From positions 43,834,001 to 43,898,000 of the forward strand of contig CM059445.1 in assembly GCA_030390025.1 (NCBI GenBank): DNA of 64,000 nt, given 5' to 3'. Below are positions 1 through 13,899 of this stretch, in pieces. How positions within the stretch are numbered: the first letter of the stretch is position 1; each line of letters opens with the position of its first letter. Under the pieces are notes generated by a model. The model had not been told where the DNA came from and did not search any database. It was given only the letters and a program-made list of their open reading frames with translations. A program made the translations under genes and the position numbers. The stretch is from Squalus acanthias (lineage: Eukaryota).

Positions 1-681
1 CATAGATCCCTGAAGGCAGCAGGACAGGTAGATAAGGTGGTTAAAAAGGCATATGGGATACTTGCCTTCATTAGCCGAGGCATAGAATATAAGAGCAGGG
101 AGGTTATGATGGAGCTGTACAAAACGCTAGTTAGGCCACAGCTGGAATATTGTGTGCAGTTCTGGTCGCCACACTATAGGAAGGATGTGATTGCATTGGA
201 GAGGGTGCAGAGGAGATTCACCAGGATGTTACCTGGGCTGGAGCGCTTCAGCTATGAAGAGAGACTGGACAGGCTGGGGTTGTTTTCCTTAGAGCAGAGA
301 AGGCTGAGGGGGGACCTGATTGAGGTGTACAAAATTATGAGGGGCATAGATAGGGTAGATAGAAAGGAACTTTTCCCCTTAGCAGAGGGGTCAATAACCA
401 GGGGGCATAGTTTCAAGGTAAGGGGCAGGAGGTTTAGAGGGGATTTGAGGAAAAACTTTTTCACACAGAGGGTGGTTGGAATCTGGAACTCACTGCCTGA
501 AAGGGTGGTAGAGGCAGGAACCCTCACAACATTCAAGAAGCATTTAAATGAGCACTTGAAACGCCATAGCATACAAGGCTACGGACCAAATGCTGGAAAA
601 TGGGATTAGAATAGATAGGGCTTGATGGCTGGCGCGGACACGATGGGCCGAAGGGCCTCTTTCTGTGCTGTATAACTCTAT
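1..681 (+). mobile_element. CR1-clade LINE (HER1-like), 3' part of ORF2 plus 3'UTR; tail resumes at 1459-1472 after a MITE insertion
   Basis: ORF 37..609 has CR1 ORF2 C-terminal motifs ([57 protein letters not shown]). The 3'UTR stem-loop ATGGGCCGAAGGGCCT and a (CTCTATGA)n-type tail follow. Confidence 0.95.
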
Positions 682-1458
682 GGGGGAAAAATTGAGTCGC
701 GCCCCCTTTGGGGCACTAACTTCGCCGGGGCGCTACTTTTAGCGCCCCATAAAAATTAGCGCCCCCGTGCCAGGAATTGAGTGGTTGCGCCCCAAGAGGG
801 AAGCGGGGCGCTACTGGAAGCACCCCGCATCCCTCTTGGGGCGCTGTGAGTCAATATCGTGGCGCTATGTGCTGCAGCGCCACGCTCTACGGCACGTCGC
901 ACCGCAGTATTGCAGGCCTTCCTCCCCTTCTTAAAGGGGAGGGGCCTTGCACAGCGCGAACCGGGGCCCAGCTGGGCCCCCGGGGATTGGGCGTGCCGGC
1001 AAAAGAGCCCGGCACTCAAGAGAAGTGCCGGGCTCTTGGAGCGCAGACGGCACTTCGCGGGGGGGGGGGGCTTCACGGGGGCTGGGGACAGCAACGGGGG
1101 CAGATGCTGGCAGGCGGCCAGCAACAAAAATGGCCGCCCGCCACCTCCCCTTTAACTAGCGCCGCCTCGGCTGCAGGTAGGCCCCCCTTACCCCGTCAGA
1201 CATAGCGTCCGGTGGTAAGTCAAGGGGCGCTACCGAAGATCGCGGCCGGAGCGCGAGCAGGGGTGCTGCGCACGGCGATGACGTCATCACCGGCGGCGCA
1301 GCACCACAGGGCGCTACCGGTTAGCGCCGCCACTAACCTCCCGCTGAATTTTGCGGGAGGCGTGGACGGCGCCGCACCCGGGCGCTAGTTGCTTTGCGCC
1401 CCATTAGCGCCCTCTTGAGGCACTAACGGGAGGCGCAAACCAACTGAATTTTTCCCCC
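682..1458. mobile_element. GC/CpG-rich non-autonomous DNA transposon (PIF/Harbinger-like MITE) inserted in the CR1 tail
   Basis: TIRs GGGGGAAAAATTGAGTCG / CAACTGAATTTTTCCCCC (first 12 bp perfect). 3-bp TSD TAT at 679-681 and 1459-1461; removing the element restores the CR1 tail repeat. Confidence 0.85.
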
Positions 1459-1472
1459 TATGACTCTATGAC

Positions 1473-1617
1473 ATAGCGGCGCTTGTGGTTGTCTGACCCA
1501 TACAAATGAAGTGCCCTCCCACTGACCCTGCAAACTCCAGCAGGGTCAGCACCGGAGGACGTCGGGCACGATCGCAGAATAAATGCCAAGAACACGGCCC
1601 GATGAATTCTGGGCCCC
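1473..1617. mobile_element. Probable right end of an older Harbinger-like MITE interrupted by the CR1
   Basis: CpG-containing segment ending in GAATTCTGGGCCCC, similar to right TIRs of other elements in the window (AAATCTGGGCC, AATTTCTGGGCC). The left end is not in the window. Confidence 0.4.
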
Positions 1618-2405
1618 ATTACCTTAACTGATTGGCATCTTGACCAGCTGTTAATCCTTGATTAAGCATGCAGAAATATCCCAACGGACTATTTAGTAAT
1701 GGAGTCGTAGCCAGAAACAGAGCAAAAGGTCACCAGATAGCCCAGATTCTTCAGCAACTTTTGAATCTGCTGTGTTAGCGAAGGTGGACCTACCTACAGA
1801 TGGAACTATATAGTGGCAGACCAGACATCGGCAGGATCCGGGGCAGTAGGTATTGCACAGTGGTTTTGGTTCTCACTAAGGCTCCATTCCCGTCAACAGG
1901 TCGATAATGAGACCACAGTTGGCCCCTAGCTGTGCTCCTTTCAGCCATGCAAGTCTGCAATTGTACCTACATGACTGTTGATGCAAATGAGCTTGTGCTG
2001 GAAGAATTGAGTGCAATTAGCAGTTCCCCATTGTGGTAAGATTTAGAATTTACACCTGTGGGTGAAAAATTGGCCCTTGGTGTTTAATTTATATTTTAGA
2101 CATTTTCTTGTCAGCTCACTCAGAAACTGGATTGTGTATTCCTAAACTGGAGGACTGACTACTCTCTATGTTTATTTAGTATAAGATTCCCTTACATACA
2201 AGCTTATCTTGAAGTTTAAAGTAAAGTAGTTTAGTTTGCTAAAGTGCTTCTCAAGAACTATTTATCTGTCCCTATACATTTTGAGTATTAATCGAAAATT
2301 AATAAAGAACAGAAAACGCATTGTGCCAATGTTTTGAATTGCAACAAATAGTGTGACTGTTATAATACCACAGTGGTCAACGTGGGATGCTTTCAGTGGA
2401 GTTTT

Positions 2406-2866
2406 TCAGCTGTGGCTCAGTGGTACCATACTCGTGTCTGAGTCAGAAGGTTGTGGGTTCAAGTCCCACTCCAGGGACATGAGCACAAAATCTAGACTGA
2501 CACTCCCATGCCATAACAGAGGGAGTGCTGCACTGTTGGAGGCGCCGTCTTTCGGATGCGGTGTTAAACCGAGGCCCCATCTGCCCTCTCAGGTGGACAT
2601 AAAAGATCGCTTGACACCACTCGAAGATGAGCAGGGGAGATCTCCCTGGTGTCCTGGCCAATATTTATCCCTTAACCAACATCGCTAATACAGATTGTCT
2701 GGTCATTATCCAATTGCGGTTTGTTGGAGCTTGCTGTGCGCATATTGGCTGCTGCATTTCCTACATTACAACAGTGACTCCACTTCAAAAAGTACTCCAT
2801 TGGCTGTAAAGCACTTCGGGACATTCTGGGATCATGAAAGGCGCTATATAAATCCAAGTCTTTCTT
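2406..2866 (+). mobile_element. Near full-length DeuSINE (SacSINE1-like): tRNA head, Deu domain, L2-type tail
   Basis: A box TGGCTCAGTGG and B box GGTTCAAGTCC; Deu-like core AAACCGAGGCCCC...CAGGTGGAC.TAAAAGATC...GTGTCCTGGCCAA. The 3' end AAAGGCGCTATATAAAT is shared with the L2 3' end at ~40440. Confidence 0.88.
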
Positions 2867-5800
2867 ATAGTGGACCGAACCTGTACAATACAGGAAATTA
2901 TTCCCCAGTCACTCATGCCAGCTTTGACTCTTTAAAGGACAGTAGCGAAATCTGGAAAAAGTGTTGAGTGGATGTACGGGTCTGCACTGCAGGACCAACC
3001 GATTCAGCTTTACAAAATATTTGTCACCTTCACCCAGGTGTCCCTGGATTCCACTAAAGGTTCAGACCAAGTTACAGCCTGGTAAGTAGGCAATCCCTTT
3101 GTGCAACCTAGTTTTCTTATCAGGAGACATTAAAAATACCAGAACAAAGGGACTTTCAGATACACTAAGGCTTTTTTTTTTGCAAAGATTTATTATATCA
3201 AAATACAAAACATTTTGAAGCAGAATAATGTTACATGGGACTTAAGCAGCTGAAAATGTCCACACAGTAGTTCCCACACTACCTTGCAGTTAAATGTCCT
3301 CCATTGTTTCTTTGACAATGCACAAATTGTCACGTTCTTAGCCGAGCACACACATTTCTTCATGAACATGCAGCGTTTTTACTCTGATCGATTACACAGG
3401 TTTGAAATATTCAGAAATGGTTGGGTACCAGGACTCCCCCCCTCCATCCTTACGGAGCGTAATAAATAAGAAGGGGTTTGAAAAATAACATTAGCTGGAC
3501 TGCCGGTACCACCTGCCACTGTAAGTGCCTGACATCATTGCCAAAGATAAGATTCTTAATTGAATATCTTTTATTTAGAACTCAAATAAGATAGGGAGTT
3601 ATTTGCGATTATGCATAGGTGCGTATGTACATGTGCACACGGGCCTAAGAGGTCTGCCATTGCTCTGTAACATTCAGGGAAATGAACGTCTGTATCAGTG
3701 CAGTTTGAGTCATGTGGTGCTGAGAAATTATCTTCACGTTGGGAAATATTCACTCAACACTAGGTTTAGTACTTCTCACTTCAAAGCACAGGAACAGGAG
3801 TAGGCCATTCAGCCCCTCGAGCCTGCTCCGCCAAAGCAGTATCGTATTGTGGGTGTCAGCTGGGTTTGATAAACCACTCCATCGACCCTTTTGCAGTTAG
3901 ACATCATCTGAATCCACTTGCTGTTACTGCGTTGTAACATGCTTCTATCAATGGGCTCTCCTACATTTTTTTTTATGTTGACAATTTTCACGTGGAATGG
4001 CTGTAATTAAAGCAATCTCATCAGTCCACCTTGCTGCAGTGCTACTTTAGGAAGTTTATAAACTGAAAACAAAAATCCCAAGCAGTGTCACTTTGGAAAG
4101 CAGATACACAAATAACATTGAAAACTGTATTTAGAAATAAGTAATTTGCGAGTATCATTATGGCCTTGTTTGAAGAGTCTGCCAGTTTTATTGAAGTCTA
4201 ACCTCTGCATGGTTAATATCTTAAAATTACATATCCCTGAACAGATTAAAAATAGTGGGCAACTACTGTCTAAAGTCTGCACATTTTTGCTTTAAACAAG
4301 AACCCAAATTTAAATGTCAAAGATCAGTGAGAGACAAGGCTTGAGTTGGAGACTGATGTGTTGGCTTGGGGCAATGTTTGCAGTAGTGTGCATTTACGGA
4401 GTTCTGGGCCTTGCAGAGATAAATACAAGTTATGTTATACAAATGAAAGACGCAGGCAGTGTATGCAATGAAGCCAACAGTGATATTCCAATTACTACTG
4501 AGCCTGAATCTATAATTTCAACATTTCTGGAGGAGAAAGAGCCATAAAAAGGGAAAGGGTGAGTTCCTGAGTTTTGCTAAAAGGAGAGAAATTTGCTTTC
4601 AACTCCAAAACCCATCGCGATATATTTGAAGAAATATAAAATGAATGGTTACAACAGATGCTGTATAGAAATGGGCTATGAGTAGTGTGTCCGATCAATG
4701 TAAAAAATCTTTTAAAATTGATGCATGGAGAGGCTAGTCAACTTTTGTTAATTTAAGATATTTGACCAACAAAATTCGATGTACAATGGATAGTCCCGAC
4801 CTCGTCTAATAAGTCTCCCCATTCTGCTTTTGGTTCTTTTTTTCTTATTAGATTGTATTACAGGAAATGAGATAAAATGATGTGTTTATATCTGTGTTTA
4901 GTGTAAATGTACATTTAGCCAGTTAAGTATGCATACATTAAAAAAAATGTAGACATGTATCTATCTGAATATTAAAATTATAAATATTGCCTGGAATGAA
5001 ATAAAAATGTTTTACTGACTGAGCACATTTGAAATACTACTGGAGGTGGTAGCATCAAAGATTGGAAAACTTGGGATTAAATATGCCAATATAGACTGAA
5101 ATATAAATAACAATTATGCAAGACAACTTCTATTTTGGCAATTGCTCCAACAGTCCTTTGAACACTGTAAATGTATCTAAAGATTAAATCGTACATCTTC
5201 TTCAGGTTCTTCTCATTCTAAGTGCACAGATCATGTTTTGATTCTTGTTCGCTTGTGTTCCGCCTAAAAACGTCTGAATCGGATTATTTTCAAGTTATTT
5301 AATAGAGAGTTGGAGTTCCAGTCATAGGGTTTGAGTTAGAGTAACTCAGTCATGAGAATCCAGTTACGCTCAATGCCAAGTTAACCATTGGCAGGATACT
5401 AGGCAGAATGCTCTGCAGGAAGGCAACACTCAAGTGCTGGTGGGGAAATAATAGGAGTGGCATCATGCAGAGCCAGGCCTCATGTCAACATATGACCCAA
5501 TCACAAAATGGCATTGAAGGCAGCCAACTTGCCTTCTTGACTGAAGGTGGAGGCATGGTCACGGGTGGCAGAAATGGGGGAAACAAAATAATTTTAAGTA
5601 ACTCTCCCAAAAACAGAATAACAAAAATTTGGAATGAACCAGATTACCAGCTATGGATATCAGGCTTTCATTTATTCAATATCCACTGTTATAATGCATC
5701 CACTGTCTTGCTACCACTGGCTGACAACTGGAGCAAAGGAGGGCAGGAAAAACTCCATCTTTGACTCGGCACAATGACACAGGATGGCACTCACTGCTTT

Positions 5801-6182
5801 CAACGACAATGCAAACTACTGCCAGGTGCCATCTCCATTACAGAATCACCCCACAAATTAAAGAACCTATGAATTAAGAAAAAAACCAAAATAAGCCAAA
5901 ACACACTAAAGTAACAGGCCCCACTACCAAAATGTCATCAATTGACAGAGAACTTCAGGATGTTGGGAAGACCTCAGTTATTTGTTCTTCAATTTAAACG
6001 GTAACAAAATTTACTCCTTCAGTTGTAAATGTGTTTATGTCTCAATTATTGTTCATGTTCTAAAAGCAATTCAAAGCAAACAATAAACACTGGCCGTTAG
6101 TGGCTCTCTTCAAATTTGGACAAGTCATTTATTTTCATATTTTTTGTGTATCAAGAGTTTCCTCTAAAAGCAGTTCTCTAAT

Positions 6183-6302
6183 TACATAGGATCTACAGCA
6201 CAGAAACAGGCAATTCGGCCCAACTGGTCTATGCCAGCCTTTATGCGCCATACAAGCCTTCTCCACCCCCCCCGCCCATGTTTCATCTAACCCTATCCAG
6301 AT
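6183..6302 (-). mobile_element. CR1-type 3' end fragment
   Basis: ACAGCACAGAAACAGGC..TTCGGCCCAACTGGTC is the reverse complement of the CR1 3'UTR stem-loop; same family as 31866-32150. Confidence 0.7.
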
Positions 6303-8904
6303 AGGTAACCATTCATTTGGACAACTTGCTTATAAATCTTATGATGAGCTAATTTTTTGTTCGGCTATTCCTTGTGTGTCCTGCACCCAATCCAGGTAAT
6401 CCGGCAGTCCGCTGTATCATTCCCACATGGATTTCAATTTTATATGGTTAGGGGAGGAGAGGGAGGCTAAGAGCCCAAGTAGGATATATAGCAGTAAATA
6501 TTCTACAGATAAGGCTTTGGTACAGCACCATTTTGTTTTGATCATACACACAAACATTTTGCATTTATTGAAAAAAAATTATCACAACAGTAATACCTGA
6601 AGTTGATTCAATTAACCCTCCAGTTGCCATTTTGTAGGCGATGTTTTAAAATGTTATGTGCATAATGCTGATGTTAGGGAAGCCACAATCAGGATTTCCC
6701 CCTTTAAGATCATTGTGAAGCCTTCCTGGTAGCTTAGCACATGCAGTGATGCAACAGGCAGTGTCTCGCTCCCGCCTTCAAAAGTACAAAATGTGTGCAT
6801 CACATTGCTTAAGTTTTTAAACTATAAAAGTATTTTAAATCAATATTTAAAAAAAAATAATTAACCAGTCATCCTCCCCAAAAAAAGAATTTGGAAAACA
6901 TAGCTGATCGGCTTGTTTCGACATTTTCAGCAATGATATAGTTTGCTAAACGTGGGGGTAAAGCATTAGCATCAAGAGGGTTAATGTCTCTGCAAAACTG
7001 TGCTTACGATTATCTCTAGAAAAGTTGGCTGTTGTAATGTACAAGGCGATGATATTCTGAGTGAGGCATTGATAAATAAAACTATTAAAGCCTATAGACC
7101 ACATTTTGGTTGGTGGGTGGGGGGACAAGTATTGCAACACCTCAGCTGCAGCACTGAGATGTGAGCAGTGGGCACCAGTTGATGGAGAAGTTGCAATAAG
7201 GTAACTATCTGAACAAGACACTATCACAAAAGAGGTCTTGAAATTACACTGTGCACATATTGGCCCAACACGTTCGTGTGAGCTGCTATTTTAATGGGAG
7301 TGTTAGCCCATTCGTTTCAACTCCATAAAGTTTTGCTCTAGATAGATTAACAGGGAGCAAATTTCTCAGTTAATAATGGGAAAAGAGAAATTGCGTTCAT
7401 TTGAAAGTGGGTCAGTTGTGATAGGCAGCAGTGAAAATAAGCATCAGTGTGCACTTTAACACAAAAGAACAACCCGGGTCTTTTATTTCAATAACATACT
7501 GTAAAATGTGGTCTATATCCTGTTCAGATAGTGTTATTTGAACCAAACAGTATCCCTTCCTATGGATCAATATGAACCAGTAAATCCTTCAGTAACTCCT
7601 CAACAGCTGGTCCTGAATAAATCAAGATGGCTTCTCCAAGAGACCAATTATGAGACTGAATATCATCATCTATATTAAAATTAAGTCCACAATTACATTA
7701 AAAAGACAGCACACACTTTTCTGGTTTATGCAGGCTGCGCATCAAAAACACAATTGCATTTGTAACAACATGTAAGCTTCTAAACAAAATGTTGTTTTCT
7801 GCAAAAATTATAGACGGATATCTTTATCACAGCTTCTTAAACAGACTCATTAGAAACATTTTAGGACAGTGATTATACTCATTTACATTCAGGATACCTT
7901 TACTGGGTCTTTCTTGGCCTCATACAGGCTGAGTTTTAAAGCTTTTAAAGACTATGGTCACATTTTGCACCAAATCCCATCCTCCAATTCCAAAGAATAA
8001 ATATACGATCCATCCAATTTCCTCAGAGCACTTCCATGACACAAAAATTGAAACAATTCACGCACTGTATACTTTATTCTAATAATATTCTGTAATAGCA
8101 TTATGTGTTTATATAAATGAATGAAGACAGTGATAGGTAGTATATTTATTCTGTAAATTCCTCAGTCTTTAGAAGCCCTAAAACGATCAAAATCAGGATT
8201 ATTCACATGGAGCCAATGGCAGCGTTCTCGCCGAGACTCAGATACTTAAATGACTTTGAAGTTCGCTGTATTGCAGAAGTACACCACCATCTCTCTTTTT
8301 TTTAAGGTTTGCAAAGATAGATGTCCAGTCAGTGCTCAGACTGACTTCCTTAAAGACGCACTCCGAAGAGTTAGGGAAGGCTGGAGAACTTCGCAACATG
8401 GTTTATAACAACCTGACTTGGAACAGTTTTGGAGTACAAACCAACATAGAGAATCCGGCTATTCCAAAAGAAGCTGGAGAGAATCCTAAAACAGTCAGTC
8501 ATAAAATTCTGTAGATTTTATATAAATAAGGAAATACAGCTTCAATGGCCCAGAAAAGGTGACACTTCCTCTTTTTTTAAAAAAAAGTCATATGTGACTT
8601 ATTAGAATAACAACAAGCACCAAGAAGATTAATTAATAAATCAAATTCAGTTGGAAACCATTCAGCTTTGTGAAATCAATCTCAGTATGGAACATTTTAT
8701 GTAATGTATATTAGACACAGACAATAGCTGTTAAGGGAGTGAATTCAAGCTTGAAACTATGGCTAGCTGAACAACTTTACATTTTCAATGTGGTTTTATC
8801 AGTTACTGGAATTTATAATCAGTATGAGAAAGCTGTGCAAGAGCAATGACTGTACAAGCCCATCCAGATATGGATTTCTGTACCCCCTGATGGTTCACTC
8901 TGGG

Positions 8905-9250
8905 GATACGCACCAAACCATACAGATCAGAAAAGTTCCAGGTTTAACCCACAGTCTGTGCGAAGCAGTTAGCTGATCACAGCCAGATTGGCAGTGGGGG
9001 GCACTAAAATTGGTCTCAGCATTCATGGGCTGGGGGTTGGGGGAGAGGAGAAATCAGTTGGCTGCTCCTGAAGTCTATTCTGCGATCTTGCTGGAAATGG
9101 GTGTGCATGGACATCAAGTCGGATATCAGGATCATGCTTGGCTTGGCTGTGATGTCTTACATTTACATCGCTCACCAACAGTAACTGTCCAGACTCACAT
9201 GTAAAGAATAGCCACGTGCATGAGGTTCCAGAAGGCTTCCGCTGACTATG
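8905..9250 (+). mobile_element. Old tRNA-derived SINE, AmnSINE2-like
   Basis: CATACAGA.CAG.AAG..CCAGGTT...GTTAGCTGATC.CAGCC...AATTGG.CTCAG...GGCTGTGATG...GAATAGCCAC. Homologous copies at ~20255, ~24150, ~34265 and ~58185. Family name from memory. Confidence 0.6.
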
Positions 9251-10197
9251 GGACAGTATCCAGCATGAACTGTATCTATCAGAAGAGACAGCGTAAGGGG
9301 GAAAAAGCGGATGACATAAAATATATCCTCTTCGTACTGTTGCAAACAGATGCCGATTGGCAGGAGCCTGGGCACTGCCAGGATATTAAAATTATTTTTC
9401 TTCAGCAGTGATAAGAACAGTGAGAATACAGCAATCTCATTTTGAGATATACCCCATTACACCGTACCTTAAGAATGACACATTAGCTCAGATACTAGAC
9501 ATCAGTTTCTAAGGGGCCTGCGTAACATTATTTCCATTCGAACTGGTCCTTTGCTTCTCTTGGCGAAAGGAAGTGTTAGAGTGTTTCTCTTAAAAACAAA
9601 AACATCAGGAATTCCTGTCATGCATACCCATCCCTATAACCCCCCGCCCGCCCCCCCCCCCCCAAAACCCCCTTGAAATGATGGGCACAATCTAACATTT
9701 TCTGTACATCTCGTTCAAAGTAGCTCCTCGTAACTGAAGGACAGCAACGAAAGCAAAAGCTGAGCGATGTTTCCAATGTGCATCTCGATAAGGAACCCTG
9801 ACTGGGGGTCAGCTTTTTCTTAGTAAGGCGCATGCCACTGCTTTTGTTCCTTCACCATTCTACAACACAGAGAGGCCTGATCCACGTTGTAAAATAGATT
9901 GATGCTATCAACTGCCAGAGAGAGCTAAGTACTTCAAATTTTAAATTTACATATACAAGTTATAAATGGAAAAAAAGCTACACTCTAATTACTGTACATT
10001 ATGAGTAAAACCCTATGGACAATGACAGACAGCAGCTCAAGCCTCTTTTACTCAGTTCATTGACTTAGCCTGTCTCATTCACCATTCCCTCCATGCCTTT
10101 CCATGTAGAACTCTCAGGGAACTCAGATTACAACAATACAACCAAAGACTACAAACAGCACACATAGGGAAACATCATATGTGCTGAATAAAACTAG

Positions 10198-10966
10198 GGG
10201 GCCGGATTTGGCGGTAGAAACAACGGTGAGGCTATCAGCGCTCACCGTTATTTACGTGTAAATCGGACAGCAACTTCCATTGACCGCGCATGCGGATTTT
10301 ACGCAGAAATCAGGAAGTTGCTGTCCGAGATGCCCTGCTCCATCACAAGCTTCGCTATACCGGTAACTCGCCGAGAGACTCGCCGTTCAAATACATGGAA
10401 AACCGTGAAGTTGCTGTACTTACCCGATATATACAAACTAAGTTAGGGCTTGTCCATTCCAGTGTTAGTACCTTTTTAATAGTGTGGTAAGTCTTAATTA
10501 CTGCCAAACAACTTCTCCGGCACTGAAAATTAACTTTTACAAGTGTGGAGTCTCATTTCTTCAGTTTTTAATTATTTTTGGAGATTTAAAATAAAATTTT
10601 AATAAATGTTTTTTTTTACTTTTTCTTTGTCTCTTTTATCCCTCTCTCTTAATCCAATCTTTCTTTCCCCTCTCTTTATTTCACTTTTTGTACCTGATTT
10701 GACATTGAATTAAATATTCTAACTGACACTTCCTGGTTCACACTCTGCGCTGCTCATTAACGATTCTTCAATCTGATTTGGTTGCAGAGGTACACAGTTG
10801 CTTGTCTTGTTGACAGGCCCAGATGCTCTGCAGAGGGCGCTGCGCTTTTTCGATAGTTGGCTGACAGGAACTACCAGCGCAAAAGCCCGTAGAAAGTCTA
10901 TGAGCAAGAGCAAGTGTGTTGAACGGCTGGCACTGTTAGTTCACTGCTGACCGCATAATCCGGTCC
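10198..10966. mobile_element. Harbinger-like MITE, family A copy 1 (~770 bp)
   Basis: TIRs GGGCCGGATTTGGCGGT / ACCGCATAATCCGGTCC and subterminal hairpin AACGGTGAG..CTCACCGTT. Colinear with 14504-15251 and 25785-26548. Confidence 0.8.
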
Positions 10967-11300
10967 ATTATAAATAAAGGACAATGTAAGGTGAGGCGGT
11001 GATCTGTGACACTTCCATTTCCTACACTTGTCAACCACATAGCATTTCTGGGGACATGATTAACACCAAATGATGAGTAGCTTTGTGCTGTGAATTCATC
11101 CTCTCTTGGAGCTGGGATGAGGCAGCTGATTTCCTTTAGGAACCCTTACGGCCATTCATCCCACATCCTGATATTGCAGCTGTTTACCTACTCCCTTGTA
11201 GTGAGTTCCAGGACTGACTGGCATTTGAGTCTGTCAGCTGCACACGACGAGCTTCGGCATTTAATAGCTTTTACTCAGGTGGAATCCTCACAAAGACTAT

Positions 11301-11439
11301 GGAGGTCATTTCAACCCAACCCACCTGGTGGGAAAATGACAGGATCAGTTTGGCGGCCATTTTGCAATCTGCGTAAAACGGGCGGCCAATTCGATCTCGT
11401 CAGTTTCCCGTCCCTGCGGGTTAGATGAAAATTGCCCCC
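11301..11439. mobile_element. Short palindromic MITE (Harbinger-like ends)
   Basis: Whole element is an imperfect inverted repeat (GGAGGTCATTTCAACC.../...GATGAAAATTGCCCCC); homologous to 34653-34839. Confidence 0.7.
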
Positions 11440-11654
11440 TAAATGTTTCACCTTGGTGAATTTAGCGTGAAGGGATGAACAACTGTAAGTACAGGTTTAC
11501 TGAATAAGGAACCACAGAATGAGGCTCAGCAATTCCCAATTCGCCAGTCCAATGGGTGAGGTGGTTGCTCAGTACCTGCGCTGCATTGTTTTTTTCAGTC
11601 AATCGCCGTTTGAAATTCCTTTAACAAGTTTGTACCACATGCTGGAGTGTTCTG

Positions 11655-11820
11655 AGAATTAAATTACAAAATTAGCTGTAAACTTGTGGCCACTGGGAAT
11701 TGGGCTGAGACTGCTTAACATACTTTTACTTAAGACCCCTTTTGGCCATCAGATAGTCACCTTATCACTTGACTGGATTCAAATTCAGGCCCCACAGGTC
11801 AAAGGACAGGAACCTAACAG
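11655..11820 (-). mobile_element. Diverged LF-SINE-like tRNA SINE fragment
   Basis: The reverse complement gives CCTTTGACCTGTGGGGCCTGAATTTGAATCCAGTC...GCAGTCTCAGCCCAATTCCCAGTGG, matching the copy at 56170-56365. Confidence 0.45.
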
Positions 11821-13899
11821 ACTTTGCTGCCTTCCAAAATCATTTCTGAAGGAACAAAAAAGTGCTACACAGACTGCATTTGTGATATAAACTGGTCTAG
11901 TTGCTAAAGTAATGCAGAAAGCTGGTTTGCTAGCCCACGACCCAGCAAGAGAAGGCTGTTGGAAGACCAAGTGTGTGGGTTAGGCCTGATCCATTCACAC
12001 CTCCACTTCCTGGTCACTTATTCATCACAATATTATTGCCTTATACATTCTCCCTGAATATTCGTCCTGAATAAGACTCCTCACCTTCCAACACAGCAAA
12101 AGTGACCGAGCTTTGCTTTGAAATATAACGTGTTGCCATGACTTTAGAAATATTCCACTAGCAATAAAAAGGATTAATTTTGAATCCCAAGCTTTTGATC
12201 TCGATATGTGATTATTCCCACATAAGCTAACAGTGTCCTGTACACCACCATAGCTAATAATATTCAAGAGCAAAAAGTGACTAACTATTAGTTTTCTTCT
12301 AAGTTACAGTGTTTCAATCAGCAACTTCAGTAACAAATAGAAAAATAAAATAAATTATGATTTTATATTTCTGGAACAAAGTGGAATACAAGCAACAGAA
12401 AAATACTTTTCTTTCCCTCCAATATGTACAACTAGTCTTCAGTCACTATGCAGCATAATGGATTCTCCACAAACACAGTCCAATGGCTGTAAAAGTGGTT
12501 TCTGGGCACTACTATCATGTGCCTGTCACCAACGTCCTAAATGCACAAGGCTCTCCCTTTTTATCCATTTCAATTGGGAATGGGAGCAGACAGTGCCTAC
12601 TGTGATCTCCGCTGGCTTCTCTGCCATTACCTTGACGAAACGGAACTATAAACGTAAATAATCTCATGATGATATGAATGTCTGCGTTGTTTTCTGCTGC
12701 TGTTTTTATATATTTCAGTTGATATTTCTCCCATTTTTAATTATTCCCTTCACACCCCCCCTTTTTTTATTTAGGCAGCTGATTCCCCAACTGAGGCGAC
12801 TGAGCAGCTTAACTGTTCCTAAGCCTCTGCCGAACACTATCTTTTCATGCCTTACAAAATCAGAACTAAAAGTGACCATACTCCACCCTCCCCCCCCCCG
12901 CTCCCCTTTAATAATCTTCTGTACTCTGTAGCCTTTTCAATTTGTATAAGGTAACAATCAAAGCCTGGGAACATACACATGAAATATTCCCTCTGCTGTC
13001 CTTCAGAAACGACATCTCATAGGTTTCAGCATGATGTCCTCAAGGCAACATTCCCAGCATGCTGGCAGTGAGTGAATCACTGACTGCCCCGACACAGAAA
13101 GGTCTGTGCACATTAAATACGTTTCTGCAAAGGTCTAAATTTGACACAAGAGGCGAGGTGGAAGGCAAGTGGCGTTTGCTAAACAGAGGGCAGCTTCCAC
13201 AGGAAACATCTCGAGTGACAAACGCTATTCAACACGAGCTTCCCTTGATCTTAGATGCCTTTCTTTTAAACATGTAGAGCAAACAGTACTGATTCTCCAA
13301 GCAATGTCCTCGCCACAATTCATGTTGAAAATAAAGGAGTTCTGAAATAAGTTATTCAAAGAACAAATAACATTCAGTTGCTGTCCTTTCTGTACAGTAA
13401 TTTGATTACGACACAATGATATTCCATGTAGTTGAGAAACCTAATAGGATTCAAGAGCAAAATTACCTCACAATGCCATGACATGCTGATTGTTTAATAA
13501 ACCAAAAATTTGAATTAATTTAAGTTAGTTAGTAATTTTGATTTAAATAAAATGAAAATTGAGTGCTATCTATAATGGGCGGCCAATCCCCAATGGCAGT
13601 TCTACACCCAGGTGGTGTTGAAAATCTACTCCGATATCACTCTCTGTCTGACAGTGGGTGAAATTCCACTTTCAAAGAAAAACATGAATTCTGTTTTTTC
13701 TTGTAATTAATGACTAATTGATAAAATCATAGGAATCGCATGCCTTTAAAGTGTACAGTTTCTGAGAATTTAATTTTCTTAGCTGGTCATTAACTGTCAT
13801 TAATTATGATTTGTTTTAATAATAGTCCCATATTTTTGAAACTGACATGAAATTGCATGAACTGGAGACAGAAAATTGAGTCGGAATAGAAGGGGAGGT

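Noticed and set aside
756-1205. Four overlapping ORFs of 70-142 aa
   Set aside because: They lie inside a GC-rich MITE where stop codons are rare, and show no recognisable domain.
2406-2480. tRNA gene (also ~25240-25315 and ~56890-56948)
   Set aside because: The A/B boxes belong to SINE heads that continue into SINE bodies; no complete cloverleaf.
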